Part shown: positions 58,169 through 64,000 of the stretch, piece by piece | Layout: every line of letters begins with the position of its first letter | How positions within the stretch are numbered: the first letter of the stretch is position 1 | Origin: the human T2T-CHM13v2.0 reference genome, Homo sapiens | Length of the DNA stretch: 64,000 nt | Assembly (NCBI RefSeq): GCF_009914755.1 | Contig: NC_060928.1 | Reading direction: 5' to 3' (one strand) | Made by a program: the position numbers and the translations under genes | Notes under the pieces: generated by a model | Told to the model about the DNA's origin: nothing | Seen by the model: only the letters and a program-made list of their open reading frames with translations | Databases searched by the model: none

Positions 58169-61100
58169 GTAAGGGAAAAGAAAAAATGATTTTTTGTTTA
58201 TAAGGGAAGTCCCTGATCAGACTCTGGGACTGGAGAAAGCGAAGTAACTTCAAACTTTGGGCGACAAGAAAAAAAAAAAGGAGCTGGATTCCAGTTGTGT
58301 GTCCAGAGAGTAATTTTTTTTTTTCGGAATAAACTTCACTTGGGGACGGGTGGGAGATAACCATAGAGTTAGAAAGTCTAGGTATTTTTTTTAAACACAC
58401 ATTTTCCAGACCTATTTTTAAAAACAATGTTTTTCTAACAACCCTATGGCCTCCCAAAGAAATTGTTTAGGCTTACATTTTTGAGGTTTCTTTTGGGAGT
58501 GGGGGTGGTGTTCGTGAATACTGGGCCGAACACCAAGGAACTGGGGGTGGAGGCAGAGGTGTTTGCCCTCTTCTTGGCAGTGGGTCCTGGAAGGCGACAG
58601 GTTTTAAATGAGTGTTTTCATTCCTCGCCTGCGGTTTGGCGGGACAGCGCTGCAGCCCATGGTGTGGAGCGCGGCTGGGGGACCAGGGGGAGGTGGGGAG
58701 AGGGGAGCGTGGAGGGGAGCGTGGAGGGGGGCGCGCGAAGGGGTTGCGGGGCGCAGGAGGCGGGCTGGGCTCGGCTGGAGACCGGACCTCGGTGTTGGCC
58801 TACAGCACAGGGAGCCGGCCGAATGCGCGTGATTACTGGACGGCGCTGCTCTGGGAGAGAGTCGGGGCCAGATTTGGCGCGGCGGTGAGGCGGCTGCGGG
58901 ACAAGCAGAGGCGCGCGGGCGTGGGCAAGGGTTTGGGGCGCTCTGGAGCGGTTTGTTGGGTCAGTGAGGTGCCAGGGAGAGCGGGTGCCTGCCGGGCAGT
59001 GTGCTCGGGTTGCACGCCCTAGCGCGGGGGCGACAGCGGCGGCGCGGGCGGGCGGTCTGGAATAATGACAAACACATTTGGCCCTGAGTGAAGAAGTCGT
59101 CGTCGCCTCGCATTCCAGCAACTGGGATTTGAGGAATTTCGAACCGCACACCAAGGGGCCCTCATTGTGCTCCGTGGCCCCCGCCCCCGCCTGTCTTCCC
59201 GCGCCCCCTCCTCGGTGGAATCATTTCTGCATTGCCCGGGGGCTCTGCTTTCGCTCAGTTCTGGCCGCAGGCAGGAAGAGAGGAAAGGTCTCCAGGAAGG
59301 TGCCGAACTTCTTGTGAGGAAGTTAGGGACGACTTGGAACTGGGGAAACTTGTTTGCAGGTAAGACAGAAAGGTGGGAGGTAAACCATATTCTCCCTCCG
59401 GGCACCCGAGCCCTGGACACCCCCTACCCGGCACCCTTCTCCGCGCGGGGGTGCGTGGCACTTGCCGTCTGAGCTCGCCCAGCGCTGCTCGGTCCTCTCT
59501 AGTTGGCCTTTTTTCCATTCCTCTCCCTGCCGGCTTCAGAGCCGTCTGTGCGTACTTCTCCTTCCTCTGCTGTCTACCCCCATGGAAACCAGATTTACAC
59601 ACGAAATTAACTCCGCCCGGCTGCGCCCAGGGAGCGGGCGGCGTCCATTTGGCATTGAATATGTGGGATCAGCTGTTCTATTCCGGGAGGGTGTCGGCCA
59701 GGTCGGAGCGACGAGTGTGGCCCAACCCGAGTACGTTGCCAGAGGGAGCCAGGAGCCTGGGCCGGGCCAGGTGTGCGAGAGCTGCCGATGGCCTGGCCTC
59801 GCGTCTTGGTCGGGAAGGACTTGCTGGCCTGGCAGGCTGTGCGTTGTGCATCCCTCCCGCAGCCAGAGCGCCGGTCCCGCACTTCGCTCCCCGAATTGTG
59901 CTAAGACCTCAGGATGTGCGCAAGGAGTGCCTGGAAGAACTTGCCACTCACTCCATCTTCCTGGGTGGGAGGCAAGCATGGATGGGGCCCATATCAGGTC
60001 CCTACCGCCCCGCGTCCGAAAAGCCGCGGGCTGGGCGGTGTGGGAAATGGCTTTTTGGCTCCGAGGCCAAATTGCTCAATGTTTTGGACCGACTCGCCTC
60101 GCCGCGGTCGCTCCTGACAAGAACTAGACAGATTTTTGGAGCAGGGAGCATCCAGGGCAAACGCACGACAGTCCTCCGCAGTGCATCTCACCGGACAAAC
60201 ATCCCCGGAGCCACAGGAGGGGAGGAAGGGGCTCTCCGGGCGTGCGCACCTCCCCAGCCGCCGCGCTGTCCCATCCCCGACCCCTAATCTGGTCAACCTG
60301 GACCCCGGCACTGCTGAATTGCATCCCCTCTTCTCCCTTTCTCCTCGGCCTCCTCCTTTCCACAACCCTCAAGATGAGGAGGCCCTGCCTCGACTCCCCG
60401 ACAGGCGCAAGGCCGACCAGGCTCGCTTTGACGCCCTGGTCAGGCCCTGCTTCGGAGCTTGCAGTTTTGGGTTGACCCAAGTGCAGCTGGACCTCGTTCA
60501 CAAGAGTGAGGGGAAGCCAAGAATGAACCCGTCGTTAGCCCCCGGTGCCCTGGCTCTTGTTTAAATCCTTAGATCGAGAAGGACTTGAAGGAGATCCCAG
60601 GCTCCCAGCTCTGCGCCCCTGGGCCAGTTTCCTCTCGGGACGCGGACTGAGGAGGGATGCAGGGGGAGGGGCATTGGGCCGGGCTTTCCAGCTGCAAACA
60701 CGTCTGGCGCCGAGGCGGGCCCATTTTGTGCCTCCTGGGGACGGACCGTGGGCGGCGCGCAGCGGCGGGACGCGTTTTGGGGACGTGGTGGCCAGCGCCT
60801 TCCTGCAGACCCCACAGGGAAGTACTCCCTTTGACCTCCGGGGAGCTGCGACCAGGTTATACGTTGCTGGTGGAAAAGTGACAATTCTAGGAAAAGAGCT
60901 AAAAGCCGGATCGGTGACCGAAAGGTGTGGGTCTCAGGGTTCCCCGGGTCTAACTCGCCGGGTCCAACCGCAGCATCAGCCTTGGGGCGGCAGATAATCT
61001 TTCGGTCTCGCCTGGGGCGCAAGATGCAGGATCGGGGGCAAATGGCTTCTCCCAACTTCCCCCTAATTCGGGTTCTGCCAGATGGTTGTCGTTTGCTGAA

Positions 61101-61170
61101 GTGGCTCGGCGGCATTTCCTTTTGTTTTAAACTGATCAATGAGCGAACCTGGGATGGGCTGAAAAAGTAG

Positions 61171-61650
<480 letters not shown>

Positions 61651-62216
61651 TAAATGCCGAGAGGGCGCATGCTAGCTCTCCTCAGCATTCCCGGTGAGCC
61701 GCTACCCACGGCCGTGCGGCTCTCGTGCCCATAGGAGGCGCTGGCGAGCTCCTGTAACCCTAAACCCCTCGGCCCCTTTCCCCCCACCCGCCCGGATTCT
61801 CTTCCCGCTCTCCCCCCTCTCTCCACACCCGCCCGGCCCCCTCTCGGGTCTCAGTTGAAAACAATGCAAACGCAGAGCGTCGTGCCTGGGGCGCAGCGGC
61901 CTCTGCAGCTCTGAGGTTCAGAGCGCGGCGCGCAGGGGCGCAGGGGCGCAGGTCCCCGGAGCGGCTGGGCATCGCCGCCAACCCCGGGACAACCAAGCCG
62001 CCGAGGACTTGGTGGAGGTGGGAGGGAGAGCGGACCGCGCAGTGTTCCTCTGGGTCCCGGGGTCAGAAGCCGGACAGTGGCGGGGGCTGGACAGTCCGAG
62101 CGCAGAGCCTCCCGGGCGAAGTCTGCGCGCAGCACTCCCGGCTGCGCTGTCGGGGACCAGGAGCCTGGGCTGCGGGCGAGCTAGCTGGCGAGCCGGGTAA
62201 GATTCGCGGGGCTGTC

Positions 62217-62230
62217 GCGCCCTCTAGTGG
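62217..62230 (-). promoter_or_regulatory. Candidate CTCF site
   Basis: Minus strand CCACTAGAGGGCGC, a full match to the CTCF core. Confidence 0.7.
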
Positions 62231-64000
62231 GCTCCGGGGACGCATCCCGCTTTCCCCAGCCCCGGGCGGTCGGCGCCGCTATCTCAGTGGAGCGCAGCGC
62301 TGGAACCCCGGGGGCCCGGAGCGGAGGCTAATCTGGGTCACCTTTCCCCTCCTCCGGGCAGCCAGTGGACTCCTCGCAGGCTCTGTGTGGGCCCGGGAGG
62401 CGCCGGGTGGACGAGAGGGGGCCGAGGTCTCTGGGTTTGGATTGAGAATGGGACGTCCTTGTAATTCAATGTGGGAGAAGCAGGGGAGTGTGGAGGAGGA
62501 CGGGTCCCGTGCGTTCTTGGGGGGCAGGCGCCGTCTTCTGCGTTCCAGCCCCTCGCCAGCTCCCTTGCCCCGCGGGCGGCCTGTTGCTGTTTGTTTGTTT
62601 TACGACCCTGCGTTATTGTGCAACGGTAACAGTCGTTTCCAATCAGCTGCGCGGCCGTCGCGGCCCTCGCCAGGCTGGTTTATGGGGGCGGCGGTGGCGC
62701 GCGGACAGATAGGACAGCGCGGCCCGGGAACGGCGTCGAGGTCCAGGCGGTCCCCCTGCCCCGAGGGGGCGGAAATGCTGAGGTGGCGAGAGCGTGGGTT
62801 GCACAGAACCCTAGTAGCGAGTCCGGCTGAGCCTCTGCGGCCTAGCCCAGCAGCGTCGTCTTCCCGGCTCCGAAGACGTCTTCCCGAAGCCCCGCTGCCC
62901 CGGCGCACCAGCTCCCGGTGATGGGGATGATGATGGGGATGATGGGGAGATGTCCCCGAATTCTCCTGGGGTCCCGAGGAGATTTAGCCATTTTCAACAG
63001 CAGTTTTCCTATTTCTGCTTAAACCCCGCGGGCTTTCAACTGAGGTCACCACGAAAGCTAAAAGTACAACCTAAGGAAGGAAGAGACTGGAAATTAACAT
63101 TTGGGGTAGTGGAGCTCAGAATTCCTCGCAGCGGCGTCTGTGTCGCAACCCGTGGACGCACGTCCTTGGACCAACACTGCCATCTGCTGGCCACTCGTAA
63201 GAACTACTGCGACCCGCTGTGAGAATGGGCTTCGCGGAGACCATTAGGAAGGTGCTTTATTTTTTATTTTTTATTTATTTTTTGCTCAGTAGGACCGTAA
63301 TAGGTGACTGATTTTCTTTTGCTGTGAGGCTACAAGAATTGCTGGAAGACAACATTTTTATTTCGTGGAAATTTGTGTTGTGTTTCTCCTTGGTTGTTAA
63401 TGCTTTGCATTTACATAGTGAACATCTTATTATCAGAGCTGGCCTGTGAGGAGGGTAGTGGGGGGGCATTGATGTTCCCGTTTCTGAGTGAGGAGACCTA
63501 TGTCGGGGCCTTGGTGACCTCAAGCCGAATGCTCAAACTGCTACTGCTACTCCTAAGGTTGTGCCATTAGGAGTCACACCCGTTTGGTGATATTCAAAAG
63601 GATATGTCATTTTATTCTCCCGTGGTTAAATATATGGTGAGAGGAGAGCAGGCATGTTTATGAGCCCAGATTGTCCCATAAAAGGCTCCTGTTTAAAAAC
63701 ACTCCAGCCCCCTCCCATTACTGGAATGTCTGATGGAGCTCCGGGAGATCAAAACAACAAAACAGGCTCTGGTAGGGTGCAGAGGTCCTGGTAAACACAC
63801 CCTCTGCTGGAAAACAGGGAGAAGTTTCCACCAGTGTAGACCTGCACTTGGTTTGCCTGGGCTGAAGTTAGGAGACTGCGTAGAAAAAGGAAAATGTGTA
63901 ATTTTCACAGTTAGAATTAACTTAGGAGAGCTGAAATTAACTGAGCCTCGGAAATCTGAATCTTGAAGTCACCAGTGGCTTTTGGGGCTGTGAGAGAGTC

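Noticed and set aside
59373-60287. 304-aa ORF and other long overlapping ORFs in 55000-63000
   Set aside because: Rich in Arg/Gly/Pro/Ala, open in several frames on both strands and with no recognisable domain; expected from stop-codon scarcity in a CpG island.
62699-62722. Possible REST/RE1 site (GGACAG...GGACAGCGC)
   Set aside because: Only right half-sites are present; the TTCAGCACC half is missing.

Overview
This is human (or closely related ape) genomic DNA. I recognise it from sequence as the 5' end of PDGFRA (chromosome 4q12): about 58 kb of upstream intergenic DNA, the PDGFRA promoter, non-coding exon 1 (~57850/58046-58168, donor AAG|GTAAGG) and the first ~5.8 kb of intron 1 with its CpG island. 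No intact protein-coding exon is present. The only protein-like homology is an RPL22L1-derived processed pseudogene (~49859-50352) and L1 ORF2 debris; the other listed ORFs are Alu, low-complexity or GC-rich artefacts. The upstream 53 kb holds roughly 70 Alu copies or fragments plus L1, L2, MIR, MaLR/ERV1 LTRs and DNA-transposon relics. I found no evidence for a new multi-gene system. The most unusual structures are: (1) a 401-bp, ~97% identical templated copy of an old MLT1A LTR plus flank pasted into an Alu 2.2 kb away, with microhomology junctions; (2) a rare SVA2-type retroposon with a target-site duplication (TSD); (3) a 46-bp minisatellite born inside an Alu; (4) two co-oriented CTCF motifs bracketing the promoter; (5) candidate GATA/FOX, GLI and SOXE sites, uORFs and alternative first-exon donors. 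Repeat subfamily names and boundaries were assigned by eye from remembered consensus sequences and are approximate (about +/-10-30 bp).
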